Shown: positions 20,952 through 33,032, numbered from the stretch's first letter. The stretch: 37,244 bases of DNA from Octopus bimaculoides (GCF_001194135.2 NC_068993.1:29394383-29431626); one strand, 5' to 3'. Numbers and translations are program-made. Notes: generated by a model not told the origin, from the sequence alone.

Positions 20952-22964
20952 AGACAAGACCTTTGACAGCATACCGCATTCATGGATCTTAAAATCGCTG
21001 GATATCTTCAAAATTTCTCCTGTAATTTCGAACTTCATGAAGCACAGCATATCATTGTGAAATACGAATCTCCAATTATACCATTCTGATGGAGTACTGA
21101 CTTCAAACAATATTAATATCAACTGTGGCATTTTCCAAGGTGACTTACTTTCACCTCTAATATTTTGCATAGCCCTAATACTCCTTGCTGGTGAACTTAA
21201 CAGAATCGGTTATTGGTATAAAATTGATTACAAGTCCTATTACATACTGTGAAAGCATTTAATGACGACATCGAGGTGGAATTTGGTTTTAATAAATGTG
21301 CCAAGGCCACTTTCCAGGAAGGGAAATTGAAGACCTCACTGGTGTTAGATATTGACACAGTTAGAAAAGAACTTGTGGAGGAACAAACTTACAAATACCT
21401 TGGGATAAATGAGGGCTCTGGCATTCAGCATGCAAGCATAAATGAGAAGATCAGAAATGAATGTTACAGGAGAGTTTGAGCAGTCCTGAAATCTTAGTTA
21501 AATACATGCAACAGGATGTTAGCCAAAAATTATTTAGCAGTTCTAGTTGTTATTTATAGTTTCAATGTGTTGAACTGGAATATAAGTGAAATAAGAGAAA
21601 TTAACAGGAAAATTCAGAAGCTGCTGACTAGCAATAAGATGTACCACCCAAAGGCAGATCGTCTTTATCATCCCAGAACCCAAGGAGGTTGAGGCTTGAT
21701 CTAATTTGAAACTCTTACAAAACCACAATTGGACTGGCCAAATATCTTGAAGCATCTAACAACTGGATGCTAAAACTTGTTGAAAACCATGAGAGGCATA
21801 GGAAACTTCATTCTGTCATAAAGGAGACCTAAAAAATTGCTAGTGAGTTCATGCATAATACTCGAGTTGAACAGCATGATGGAAATGCAGCAACTTCTGT
21901 TGCAAAGAAGGTGAAATCAATGGCAAAGAAAAATGCATTTGAACATTTGGCTGACAGGTGGGACAAAAACCTCTGCATGGAAAATATGTAGCCCATAGCA
22001 AACAAGCTGATGTAGATCAGAAGCACATCCATCGGTGGCTATGAAGCTCAGGATAAAGGCAGAGAGCAAAAGCTTTATCTTAGCTGCTCAAGATCAGAGC
22101 TTCCTGATCTGTAACTACGAAGGTAATGTGACGAAAAATACTGCAATGATGAGATTGAAACAGTGGACCATCTAATCTCTGGGTGTAAAGTTTTAACACC
22201 TATAGATTATTAATCAAGACATGACAGAGTTAGCCATTATCTGCACTGGTTAATATGTCAGCATTATAAAATCAAAACTGCTGATTAATGGTACAAGCAT
22301 CACCCTGAGGCTGTAACTGAGGGAGAAAATGTAATGATACTTTGGAACTTCCCAGTACATACAGACCAAACCATCAAAGCAAATAAACCAGATATTGTTG
22401 TGAAAGACCAAAACAATAAAATCTCTTTATCGATTGACATGAACATACCTTATGATCATAATATCCTGGCAAAAGAATTTGATAAGCTCAGAAAATTTGT
22501 TAATTGAAATTGAAAAAATATAGCACCTCAAGGCAGTTACAATACCAGTGATTGTAGGCGCACTTGGAATGATGAAAAAAGGAACTGAAAATTATTTGAG
22601 AATGATTCTNNNNNNNNNNNNNNNNNNNNNNNNNNNNNNNNNNNNNNNNNNNNNNNNNNNNNNNCTGGTACACCACACGTATTGAGAAAAGCATTGTCAC
22701 TGTGAATTTTTTGTCTTTTACTCCTTTATTTTCTGTTTCCTTTTTTTTTCATTTTCCCTATTTAAAAAATTTTTTCTTTTCGTTTTTCTTTCTTTCTTTC
22801 TCCTCTTTTTTTCTTTCGTATGACTTTGTAAATGAACAATCTGGTGTGTTTATTTTAATGGCCTACTAATGTATATAGTAAGTTTCTTTGTCCTAGGTGT
22901 TTCGAAGACACTCAGCAAGAAATGGAAACAAAATTGAAAGAAGAGGATAATGTTGATGATGATG

Positions 22965-23005
<41 letters not shown>
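20952..23005 (+). mobile_element. Second, distinct R4/Dong-clade LINE (partial RT, CCHC, REL)
   Basis: FDSIPHSWI, GIFQGDLLSPLIFCIAL, YKYLG, AAQDQ, ETVDHLISGC, ANKPDIVV, IPVIVGALG; (AAT)n tail ending at 23005. Confidence 0.88.
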
Positions 23006-23108
23006 CAGTTTCTTGATATTTATAAATTTATGACTAAAAATTATGTTAGGAAAATATCCAATATTGATAATGTTTAGTAACAGAGCAGGAGGAAATACCT
23101 GAGATAGA

Positions 23109-23156
23109 GAGTCACTGAAGAGGTCACAGGATGTGTGACAAAAGATTAAAGGACTC
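23109..23156 (+). ncRNA. Decayed hammerhead-like relic
   Basis: GAGTCA-CTGAAGA-G-GTCACA..TGTGAC-AAAA..GGACTC. GAAA is lost and stem III is unrecognisable. Confidence 0.3.
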
Positions 23157-23356
23157 AAAAATACTAGCCATAGTAAAGTTTGAGTGAAGAACGAATATAT
23201 AGTGTGTGTGTTTATATAAAGAGAGAAAGGGAGAGAGAAAGAGAGAGAGAGAGAGTGTGGGTGCAGATGGTATTCATTTGCATGATGACTATCTCAGGAA
23301 AAGATATGTGTTTTAATTTTTTGAGATATATTTGTCAGATTTGGTTCTGTTTGTCT

Positions 23357-24371
23357 TTATGACACGTTCTGTCGATCTTGATGAACCTGCCTTTGGCCTT
23401 GATGACAGTCTCCAGTAATTCTGGCCCTCAGCTCAACTTTTGGGTTGCAGCTGGATTTGTTGGTCTCTTGTTCTACTCTGGTCCATACTAAGAAGTCAAG
23501 GAGATTGTTGTCAGACAAGTTGGGAGGCCAAGTGGCACGTGCTGTGTGATCAACGAAATCCTCCAACAACCAGGCCTGGGTCTTCTGACTGGTGTGGCAA
23601 GAGCACATGTACGACCTCCCTGCAGCTACCCAGTCAATGCAGGGCTTCACCACATTGCTAAGAGCACAGACATAGCTGTTGGTGTTCAGCTTGAAGCATT
23701 CAGGGAAGAAGTTGGGTGGCACAATGTCACCTTTACTGCTGACAACACTGAAGACCATGACTGACACAGGATATTTCATCTGCAAGACTCTCTGCACGTC
23801 TTTGGGTGAAATAGTGAACCACCTGTTGTTCTGGGAATTGATCTTCTTGGCAGAAATTCTTCTCATTGGATATGAACCATAGCAGGTGTTCTAACTTGTT
23901 AAACAGCTTCTTGGTGTGCTTAAGTCACTTTTCCTATCATCATGCATCATCAGCCTGATGAGCTTTTCATCCATGCCTTTCTCCTGTGCAATGGCATGCA
24001 TCGACTTGCTGGGAGCATTGTTGATGATTTCCTAAATTTCATTGATGAATTCTGCAGTTCTGATGGCGTCAGATTGTTGATCATGGGTTTTCCTCTAGTT
24101 GTCAAATCTTGAATCTTCCAGCACCTTTCGGACCTTTTCCACCTTCCTTCTGTTGACATTGAGGAAGTCTGAAATCTCCTTGTTTATCCTTCTGGTATGG
24201 ATTGCCTATTCTACAATTGGAAGATGGGAAGTTAAAAATTTTCCATAGTCGATCATTCTTCAAAAAACTTAAGCAAAAATGGTTATCATTTTTAAGAAGG
24301 AAAATACCGACAATGAAAGTAGAAAAAATGTGAAAAATTAGCAGTTGTAAACAAATATTGTCCGCCCCCTG
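23357..24371 (-). mobile_element. Tc1/mariner (maT-like) transposon remnant with one TIR
   Basis: NSQNNRW..VMVFSVVSSKGDIVPP..VVKPCI..WPPNLSDNNLLDFLVW (the QQD segment is deleted). Terminus TA|CAGGGGGCGGAC at 24371. Confidence 0.8.
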
Positions 24372-24769
24372 TATTTATATATATAATTATATATTAATAT
24401 ATTTATATATATATACATATATACATATATATATATAAGTATAAAACCTCCATTACCTGTCATTTTTGCTCTACCAACCACTCCACTGAACACCTCAGTC
24501 TTCGACCTCGCCTTACACCATGGATCCTCTACCACTAGACCCCCTCCCTCCTTCCTGTAACAGCCTCCACATAATTGTTGTTTTGCTTTTTTAATTTAAT
24601 TTTAATTTTATTGAATTTTAATTTCTCACCATTTTCAAATGTTTTGAATTTAAAGTTTATTTTAATTTGTTAAGTGAAGTGAATTTTGTTTATATTATTT
24701 TTATTTTTAATTCCTCTTCTAACATTCATATACATAACTGACACCCCCTACATACATGCCTACTGCATA

Positions 24770-25099
24770 CACACACACACACACATGTCTCCATATCTTA
24801 GCATGTACAAAAAACCCTTCAACCACACCAATGCACACACACACATATGCAAACATACATACACGCAGATGTACACACACCCCTACATTGCACATACACA
24901 CACAAATATACATACAGACTCATCTGTACACATGCACTCAGACACTCATGTACATACAAGCATATGTATACACACAGTAACACCAATACACTCACCTTGC
25001 CTCTCACCACCAAATCTAATTGCTACTAACCTGTCAGCACCACTCCTTCACACATACATTACTCATATAAACACAAACATACATGCACACAGACACTAC

Positions 25100-25174
<75 letters not shown>

Positions 25175-25230
25175 TGGCTATTTTCAGACTCTCCTACCTT
25201 NNNNNNNNNNCACAAACACACACACACACT
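24770..25230. repeat. Degenerate (CA)n-rich tract
   Basis: Direct reading. Confidence 0.9.
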
Positions 25231-25370
25231 GGCTATTTTCAGACTCTCCTACCTTCAAAAATGATTCTTTCTATCTCAATTCACTTTCAGTCACTTCAGC
25301 CCATGTAACCACACATGCTTTTCTTGGACTATTCTTTCCCCTCTTTCTAGGTCTTTCCCCTTTCCTCTTC

Positions 25371-25397
25371 CTGATGAAGAGCCCTGTTCAGAATGTC
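25371..25397 (+). ncRNA. Decayed minimal hammerhead-like relic
   Basis: CTGATGA-A-GAG-CCCTG-TTC-AGAA-TGTC; the GAAA core is altered. Confidence 0.3.
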
Positions 25398-25514
25398 ACA
25401 TCCCCTCTTTTTTCCATCTTAAACTAAGCGTCAACCTAATACATTCGCTATGTACATTCTTTTGACTTTTTGTTGTTTCAGTTTTTATGTTTGATTTGCC
25501 TGTATGTATATATA

Positions 25515-25900
25515 CAAAGGAGTACTGAAATGTTCCTGGCTTTAAGAGTATCATGAAAGGCCTGGTTGGAGGCCCAATCTTCTGAATTCATTTACAAGGC
25601 TTAGAAAAACTGAAGAACCACTGCAATAAGGGTGTGAATCATAATCAACTGATCCTCCTGTATTTTCTTTTACCCAAACCCAGGAAATTTTCAGCAACCC
25701 CTCATACATACACTTAGACTTGGGTTTTCTGAGACAGTAAGAAGCTTAAGGCAGCAAACTTCCTCTTGCATGGTTAATCTACTGCAGTTTTCCACTCTTG
25801 TTCACTAGTCCCAGTACATTTGAAATCTTCTTGGAGTATCAGGTGTTATTGGGTTGACTTAGTCATTGTTTATCATTGTTTCAACTTTCCTTCCTTTTCT
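25515..25900. mobile_element. Possible mariner-derived non-autonomous fragment
   Basis: TA|CAAAGGAGTACTGAAATGTTCCTGG resembles the TIR at 28813. No partner TIR was found and the right boundary is approximate. Confidence 0.4.
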
Positions 25901-27294
25901 GTTCATGTTAACATGAGTTGGATACATCTGCAATGCATCCAATCATCAATCTTTCTCTCAACACCTGGCAGTCATGAATAAAGTGTTCTTAGTCCTTCTT
26001 TAAACAATGACTCACCACAAAGATGAAATATTATGTGTGTCTCTTAGTTAGTTTCAATAAGTTTCTCATTTTAACTACTAAGTCCCAAATGCCTGTATCT
26101 CTTTTTGCCAGGTTATTTAATGTTAATAATACTATTTGCTTCAACTCATGAATTATTCAGCTAATTCATACAAACACAAATACATATATATTTCCTACAA
26201 ACACACTTACATAAACTTAATATGAATTATCTTAATATTAGATATCAACATGAAAATATTTAAATATATTTTGTACTGTGTTTTTTCTTGGAGAACATCC
26301 AAAAAGAAATATTTTGATACCTCATTTGTGAAATTTGGATGAATAGTTTAGGAAATATGACAGTTTGAATGGTCAACAAATTTTGTCAAAATTTTGCCTA
26401 ATTTGCCTTAATGAATAAGTAGCTATATTTTTGATGTCATATCTTTGAAACTAAGGTGATAATCAGCTTCAAATTACACAAATTAATAGTGACTATGGTA
26501 TAGTAGTTGTCTATTTCTCTTTCAGATTCTTGGAAAGAAAACCTTTTTTTTGTTGACAATTCTTTAAATATTTAAATATTTTGCAATTTCAGACCTAGCT
26601 AAATCCAAAACTACAAGCCACAAGAACTTGAGTTTTGGTACATTTGTAATAGGTATGAAGGTAAACAAACCATGAGATTTTGGGATGTGACACCATTTCA
26701 ATAACATTTTAATTGCTATAAATAGTGGAGTTTCAGATCAGGATGTCCATATTAGTTGGATTTTCTCCATTTTGATGGGGATTTTTCCAGTTTTTTTTTT
26801 GCATGATGAGAGTAAGCTTTTTATAAAAGAAAATTTTGAAAATTTATGATTTTCTTCCACCACCACACCTTTACATCTCTCTCCCCCATGCCCCAATTTT
26901 GTTTACATTTCACACTTAAAAATGAGGGATGAGGCCTTTTCAGTAAAAAAAATTTTTTTTATATTTTCAAACGAAAAGGTGTATGATTTAAGGAAGGTTT
27001 AGCTGTTGTTTCTAGCACATCCCACAACCATCTGATAACTTTCTCAGAATTCCATGTAGACCTAAATTAAGAAGTAAACAAAATGTGAAAACTAATTCCT
27101 TGCTTTAAGCATTAAAAGCATGAATTAAAAGCATTAGCATCAGTAACTTACAACAAACTCTTTAAGATAGAGAGAGAGAAAGAGAAAAAAAAAACCAAGT
27201 CAAATATACAAGCACTGACACAAATTATCCTGACTATTCAAAATTGGAAATAAAAAGGAAATCACATCTGACTTTAATAGTCTACAAAATTATA

Positions 27295-28238
27295 TTAGAG
27301 CTCCTACTTCTGTTGATAAATAAGGGCCTCTCCTGCAGAGTGAAAGTCAGATTATATGATGCAAACAGCCATGCCACATGGCAGTGAAACATGGGCTGTG
27401 ACTGCCGAGGACATGTATAGGCTTGAAAGAAATGAAGTTAGTATGCTCCACTGGATGTGCAATGTCAGTGTGTATGTATGACAGAGTGTAAACGTCTTGG
27501 GAGAAAAGTTGGGCATAAGAAGCATCAGATATGGTGTGCAAGGGAGATGACTGTATTGGTATGGTCATGTGATGTGTATGGATGTGGACAGCTGTGTCTC
27601 TAACAGTAGGAGGAAGCTTTGGAAGAGGGAGACCGAAGAAGACATGAGACAAGTTGATGAAGCATGATCTTTGAACATTGGGCCTCACAGAGGCAATGAC
27701 TAATGACCTTTGGTGATATGCCATGCTTGGGAAGACCCATCAAGCCAAGTGAAATCATAGTTGTGGCTGTTGTCAGTGTCATGTAATTGGCATGTAAAAA
27801 GCACCTTTCGCGCGTTAGGCCTCATGGAGGCAATGTGGCTGATGCTGGTGCATGTAACTAGCACCCATGCTGGTGGCACAGGAAAAGCACCATTTGAGCA
27901 CTGGACCTCACAGAGGCATTGACAAATGGCCAACACCTTTGGCAATAAGCTGTGCTTGACCCATCAAGCTAAATGAAATTGTAGTCATGGCAGATACTGG
28001 TATCACACAACTGGTACCCATGCCAGTGGCATGTTAAGCACCCATGCTAGAGGCACATAAAAGTACCCATTTCACTCTCAGAGTGGTTGATGTTAGGAAA
28101 AGCATCCAGCCATAGAAACCATGCCAAATCAGACTGGAGTCTTGTGCAGCCCCTCAGCTTGCCAGCCCTGGTCAAACTGTCCAATCCATGCCTGCATGGA
28201 CAATGGATGCTAAATATTGATGATGATAATGATGATGA
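27295..28238 (+). mobile_element. RTE-clade LINE 3' portion
   Basis: KGLS..GSETWAVTAEDMYRLERNEVSMLHWMCNV..WYGHV; 3' UTR shared with 18440-18628; (GAT)n tail. Confidence 0.88.
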
Positions 28239-28812
28239 CAACAATGACAACCAATACAATTCATTGGCAAAATTTGACCAATAATTCTCAAGGAAAAGTG
28301 AAATTTTCATATACAAGAATATCTGCTAGGTTTGCCTAACAGCTCTCCATATCATTAAAAACAGTGAGAGAGAATAAACAACATTCTCAATACAACGATT
28401 TCATTCTAAGTTTGGGCCCTAGAAGAATTATTATACTCAATTTAGTGCATTTTTGGTAGAAATATATGTGTACTTAGTAATATTTCCTCCATTTCTTGAA
28501 ATTCTGGCTCAAACTCAAGATTTGAAGTCTTGGATTTGTGTTCCATTTGACCTCTTGCCATATGCAAATACATCAGTTTGGCAAGTAAGGTGAGTATACC
28601 ACCCTCTTTACTAACTTTGTACTTTTTTCACCTTTCAAAAGATATATAATTTTCCTCAGAAGATATTTATTTTGACATGAAAAACATGAAGCAAAAAGTG
28701 TGTTTTTGCACATTCAAACTGTGCTTGTCTCAATTATATGGCATTTTATAGTGATACCTATTAATGTGCATTATCTAATCATAATCTGTTCTTTACCATC
28801 ATTGGGAGAAGA

Positions 28813-29640
28813 CGAGGTGATATCAAAAAGTTCCTGGACTAGTTATGTTTAATAAAAAATGACTTATTTGCCTAAATTTTGGGATCTGGCCTGGAACACA
28901 TTTTCCATAAGCAAGTCAAGGAATTTCTGCGATTCACTCTGGATCTCAACAACAGTGTTAAAATGGCAAGCTTTGAACTGCATTTTCATCTTGGAGAAGA
29001 GATGGAAGTCTTCAGGTGCTAAATCGGGTGAATGAGATAAGTGTGGAAGCGATACCATGTTGCACAAGAGAGCTTGATGACAGGGTGCATTGTCATCATG
29101 AAGAATCCAATTCTCCATGCTCCCAGATCCGGTTGCCTTCACTGAATGTCCTCCCTCAGACACTTCAAAACATCATTGATTGTCCTCTGATGATCCTTGT
29201 GCACAAGCTGATGAATTTTCTCCACATTTCTGGGGATGACACTCATGGCAGGTCTTCCAGATTGCTCATAGTCTTCCAGAGACATTCTTCCAATTTTGAA
29301 GTGCCCATGCCACTCAAAATATTGCTAACAACCCATTGCTTCATTGTTGTAAGCTTGCCAAAGCATGCTCAATGTCTTTGTAGCAGACTTCCCAAGTTTC
29401 ACGTAAAATTTCACATTGGTTTTTTTACTCCAACTTCCTGTCCATAACAAAAAATCGAAAATTACAGTATACAGGTGATCACAAAAACAAAAATTTCACA
29501 GCTTGCAAAGTAAACACAGCGATGTCACTTAGTACACTGCCTCATGAAGGTCACTGCTAGCTCTCACTGCACACACAACCATATACTGCCATCTGTTGGC
29601 ACACTTCAGAAATAGTCCAGGAACTTTTTGATACTGCCTA
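28813..29640 (-). mobile_element. Internally deleted mariner (DD34D-type) element with both TIRs
   Basis: TIR core TATCAAAAAGTTCCTGGACTA at 28821-28841 and inverted at 29613-29633. ORF remnant WILHDDNAPCH..HSPDLAPEDFHLF. Confidence 0.88.
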
Positions 29641-29815
29641 TAATGCTATTTAACTACTTGAAATTCTAGTGCAACATAGATCAAAGATTCCATCAAAAGC
29701 AGTGATATATGCTATTACAAATGTATTTGAGTCTTTTGACATACACTGACAAATTAGTCATGCCTGTTCTATTCTAAATGTCTTAAATACTGTTGTTTAA
29801 TTTGTCATGTTTTAG

Positions 29816-29929
29816 GAAATGAATGGCGGACACGTTTTGAGACACAGGAAGAAATCAACAAACAGTTACAGCAACAAGATCTTGTACTCACCAAGAAAGT
29901 GGATGAAGCAAGGAGGAACTTGAAAGAAG
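29816..29929 (+). CDS. CCDC169: Internal coding exon of a CCDC169-like coiled-coil protein gene
   Basis: Flanked by TTTTAG| and AG|GT; 114 nt, phase 1-1, stop-free. Encodes (G)NEWRTRFETQEEINKQLQQQDLVLTKKVDEARRNLKE, which matches from memory the CCDC169 EW(K/R)TRYETQ.E.N..L..Q motif. Confidence 0.75.
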
Positions 29930-30044
29930 GTACTGTAAGACTATGGCTCTATATGTGAGATAAGTCCTACAGAATGAGAAAACTTAAACAGTTAATTGTT
30001 TTTGGTAGATAGCTTAATTAGGTAAATAATATGAAAAGTACATA

Positions 30045-30170
30045 AAGTGGTGAGCTGGCAGAAACAGTAGCATGCCAGGTGAAATGCTAAGCAGTATTTC
30101 GTCTGTCTTTACGTTCTGAGTTCTGATTCCACCGAGGTCAACTTTACCTGTCATCCTTTCAGGGTTGATA
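30045..30170 (+). mobile_element. SINE 5' half (MetaSINE-like)
   Basis: GGTGAGCTGGCAGAA..GAGGTCAACTTTACCTGTCATCCTTTCAGGGTTGATA. Confidence 0.75.
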
Positions 30171-30477
30171 GTATACACACGCACTTTTTTTTTTTTTGCT
30201 CTGTTACTTCTACTTGTCCATGCTTGCCTGGGTGAGACAGAATTTGACGGGACAGGTATTCTATGGCTGGATGCCATATGTGTGTATATGCACATATATA
30301 TAGACGTGTGTGCGCGTGTGTGTGTGTACACACATATATTGAAAGAAAGAAAATGGTGAAAGGTAGATGTATGGATAATTTATTTGTATGGTATAAGGAT
30401 GTTGAAATTTTTTTAAAAATAGCAATACAGATAAATTATAGATTGTAAAGTTGAAAAAGAAATGGGAGATGCGAAAA

Positions 30478-30591
30478 AACTTACATATATGTTTTGGTTC
30501 TAGCCCCTAGTTGATATGTAATTCTAAGTATTTAGTTATATGCTAAGAATGGTATCATTTTTAACTATATGGGGCAGAATTTCGTCAGGGA
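30478..30591 (-). ncRNA. Decayed hammerhead relic with extended stem II
   Basis: Minus strand: CTGACGA..TTCTGCCCC..GGGGCTAGAACC-AAAA-CATATATG-TA. GAAA is mutated and stem I is unpaired. Confidence 0.45.
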
Positions 30592-31975
30592 TTTTATGAG
30601 CTTATAGAACAATGGTTAATATATTTCTTGAAAGGATGCATACAAAATATTAATTAGTTTAAGAAGTAAGATCCTATATGTATAATGTAAAGGTATCTAG
30701 CTGGTGAGTTATAGATATTAGTGAAGATGCCATATAGTAAATAAGATAAATAAATACAAACAAAAAATAAATAAAAACAGCTTAAAAAATAAGGGTAAAG
30801 AAAGAAGATAAGAAGGATGAAAATAAAAAAATCAATAATAAATAAAAATTAAGGAAAAATATAAACATATGTAAAATACATATAGTATAAAATTTAAATA
30901 AAAAGAAAACAATAATACTTAATTATGCAAGGGAAAAAATTATATAATAAAATAAATGAAGGATATGTTAGATCATAAAAATTATTAGTCAATGATTATA
31001 GAAAAATTATTTCTATTGGTTTTTGTAATTGATACAATTCAGGGAAACTATAGATGAGTAGNNNNNNNNNNNNNNNNNNNNNNNNNNNNNNNNNNNNNNN
31101 NNNNNNNNNNNNNNNNNNNNNNNNNNNNNNNNNNNNNNNNNNNNNNNNNNNNNNNNNNNNNNNNNNNNNNNNNNNNNNNNNNNNNNNNNNNNNNNNNNNN
31201 NNNNNNNNNNNNNNNNNNNNNNNNNNNNNNNNNNNNNNNNNNNNNNNNNNNNNNNNNNNNNNNNNNNNNNNNNNNNNNNNNNNNNNNNNNNNNNNNNNNN
31301 NNNNNNNNNNNNNNNNNNNNNNNNNNNNNNNNNNNNNNNNNNNNNNNNNNNNNNNNNNNNNNNNNNNNNNNNNNNNNNNNNNNNNNNNNNNNNNNNNNNN
31401 NNNNNNNNNNNNNNNNNNNNNNNNNNNNNNNNNNNNNNNNNNNNNNNNNNNNNNNNNNNNNNNNNNNNNNNNNNNNNNNNNNNNNNNNNNNNNNNNNNNN
31501 NNNNNNNNNNNNNNNNNNNNNNNNNNNNNNNNNNNNNNNNNNNNNNNNNNNNNNNNNNNNNNNNNNNNNNNNNNNNNNNNNNNNNNNNNNNNNNNNNNNN
31601 NNNNNNNNNNNNNNNNNNNNNNNNNNNNNNNNNNNNNNNNNNNNNNNNNNNNNNNNNNNNNNNNNNNNNNNNNNNNNNNNNNNNNNNNNNNNNNNNNNNN
31701 NNNNNNNNNNNNNNNNNNNNNNNNNNNNNNNNNNNNNNNNNNNNNNNNNNNNNNNNNNNNNNNNNNNNNNNNNNNNNNNNNNNNNNNNNNNNNNNNNNNN
31801 NNNNNNNNNNNNNNNNNNNNNNNNNNNNNNNNNNNNNNNNNNNNNNNNNNNNNNNNNNNNNNNNNNNNNNNNNNNNNNNNNNNNNNNNNNNNNNNNNNNN
31901 NNNNNNNNNNNNGATACCCGATTTATCAATATCTCCTCGTGTCACAGCTTTGCGATGTTCTTCTACCCTTATTTT

Positions 31976-32232
31976 GAGGGCATATGGCGTAGTGGTTAAG
32001 AGCGCGGGCTACTAACCCCAAGGTTCCGAGTTCAATTCACGGCAGCGACCTGATTAATAATAGTAATAATAATAATAAATAATAATAGTAACATCGTTAG
32101 GAATGAGAACCCAGGTTCGAAATTTCCCCAAGACACCTGACGAAGGCTGGAGGGTATATCAGCCGAAACGTTGTGTTAACAACAAACAAGATGAGGAGAA
32201 ATATCCGTCAAATGTAAATAATGTAAATAATG
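31976..32232 (+). mobile_element. Full-length tRNA-derived SINE with an HHR-containing 3' tail
   Basis: A box TGGCGTAGTGG (31985-31995), B box GAGTTCAATTC (32028-32038), (AAT)n spacer, HHR, then an (AAATGTAAATA)-type tandem tail. Confidence 0.88.
32132..32177 (+). ncRNA. Minimal type I hammerhead (family 4) in the SINE tail
   Basis: GACAC-CTGACGA-A-GGCTG-gagggtatat-CAGCC-GAAA-CG-TT-GTGTT. Zero-loop ACGT stem III, GUU triplet, one extra A after the core. Confidence 0.65.
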
Positions 32233-32930
32233 ATTCATAGTCTGATATAATATTTTGGAATATAAAAATTCCTTCTTCAAATATGGCCATGTCTCAAGCT
32301 TGGGTGTGTTGGCATATCTGCAGTGCTGCTTCTAAGTTATGTATTATACATACAGTTTTTAAAATTTTTTTATTATACATGAGCATGTTATCAGAAATGA
32401 ACTTACATGCACCCAGATGTAGCTAAATAATATACTGATTGCTAATTTTCAGCCTTGTTGTTAATTTGGGGCCCTAATCTGTCTATGAGGATAGCTTCCT
32501 TAATTCTTAGCTTTCCCAAATGTCTGTCATTGGCTTCATTTGTGACTGTTTTGCTTTTGTCAGTGTTCCGGCTTCTGAAGGAGGAGGCTCATATGTTAGT
32601 AATCAATATATTATTTAGCTACATCTGGGTGCATGTAAGTTCATTTCTGATAACATGCTCAAGTATTATAAAAAATGCACATATAATACATAACTTAGAA
32701 GCAATGCTGCGGATATGCCAACACACATGAGCTTGAGACATGGCCCCCTCACGCACTTCTCATGAGGAATTCCAGAAGGAGCTTTGTGAGACCACTGCAG
32801 AGACACTTCCGAAAGGAAAAACAAATTCAGTAACTGTTGGACAACCAATTATAGCAGTGACTTGATCAATTTCTAGCAATATCTGAAGAAGGAATTTTTA
32901 TATTCTGAAATATTATATCAGACTATGAAT
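32233..32930. repeat. Foldback: long inverted repeat with HHR relics in both arms
   Basis: 32233-32282 pairs with 32878-32930, and 32283-32445 pairs with 32596-32745. HHR-like motifs at 32879-32918 (+) and 32245-32284 (-). Confidence 0.85.
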
Positions 32931-33032
32931 GATTAAATTATAATAGTTATTATAGTCCATTCTGCATTGTTGTGCCATTCAAGACACATTATATTTCACA
33001 AACATGCACACACACACACACATATACATATA

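Noticed and set aside
25157-25254. Identical ~45-bp sequence on both sides of a 10-N gap
   Set aside because: Typical unmerged contig overlap, so an assembly artefact rather than a duplication.
24686-25427. His/Thr-rich and Cys/Val-rich ORFs (also the YI, II and SL repeat ORFs elsewhere)
   Set aside because: They are translations of CA, TA, AAT and GA microsatellites.
26240-27130. Possible non-autonomous DNA transposon
   Set aside because: The sequence texture is suggestive, but I could not identify TIRs, a TSD or a second copy.
28490-28595. Possible exon ending at a strong AAG|GTGAGT donor (28589)
   Set aside because: No convincing acceptor, and the open frame resembles no protein I recognise. 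RNA-seq would be needed.
31976-32050. tRNA gene
   Set aside because: The acceptor stem does not pair and the sequence continues into a repeat body seen elsewhere in the window. It is a SINE head.
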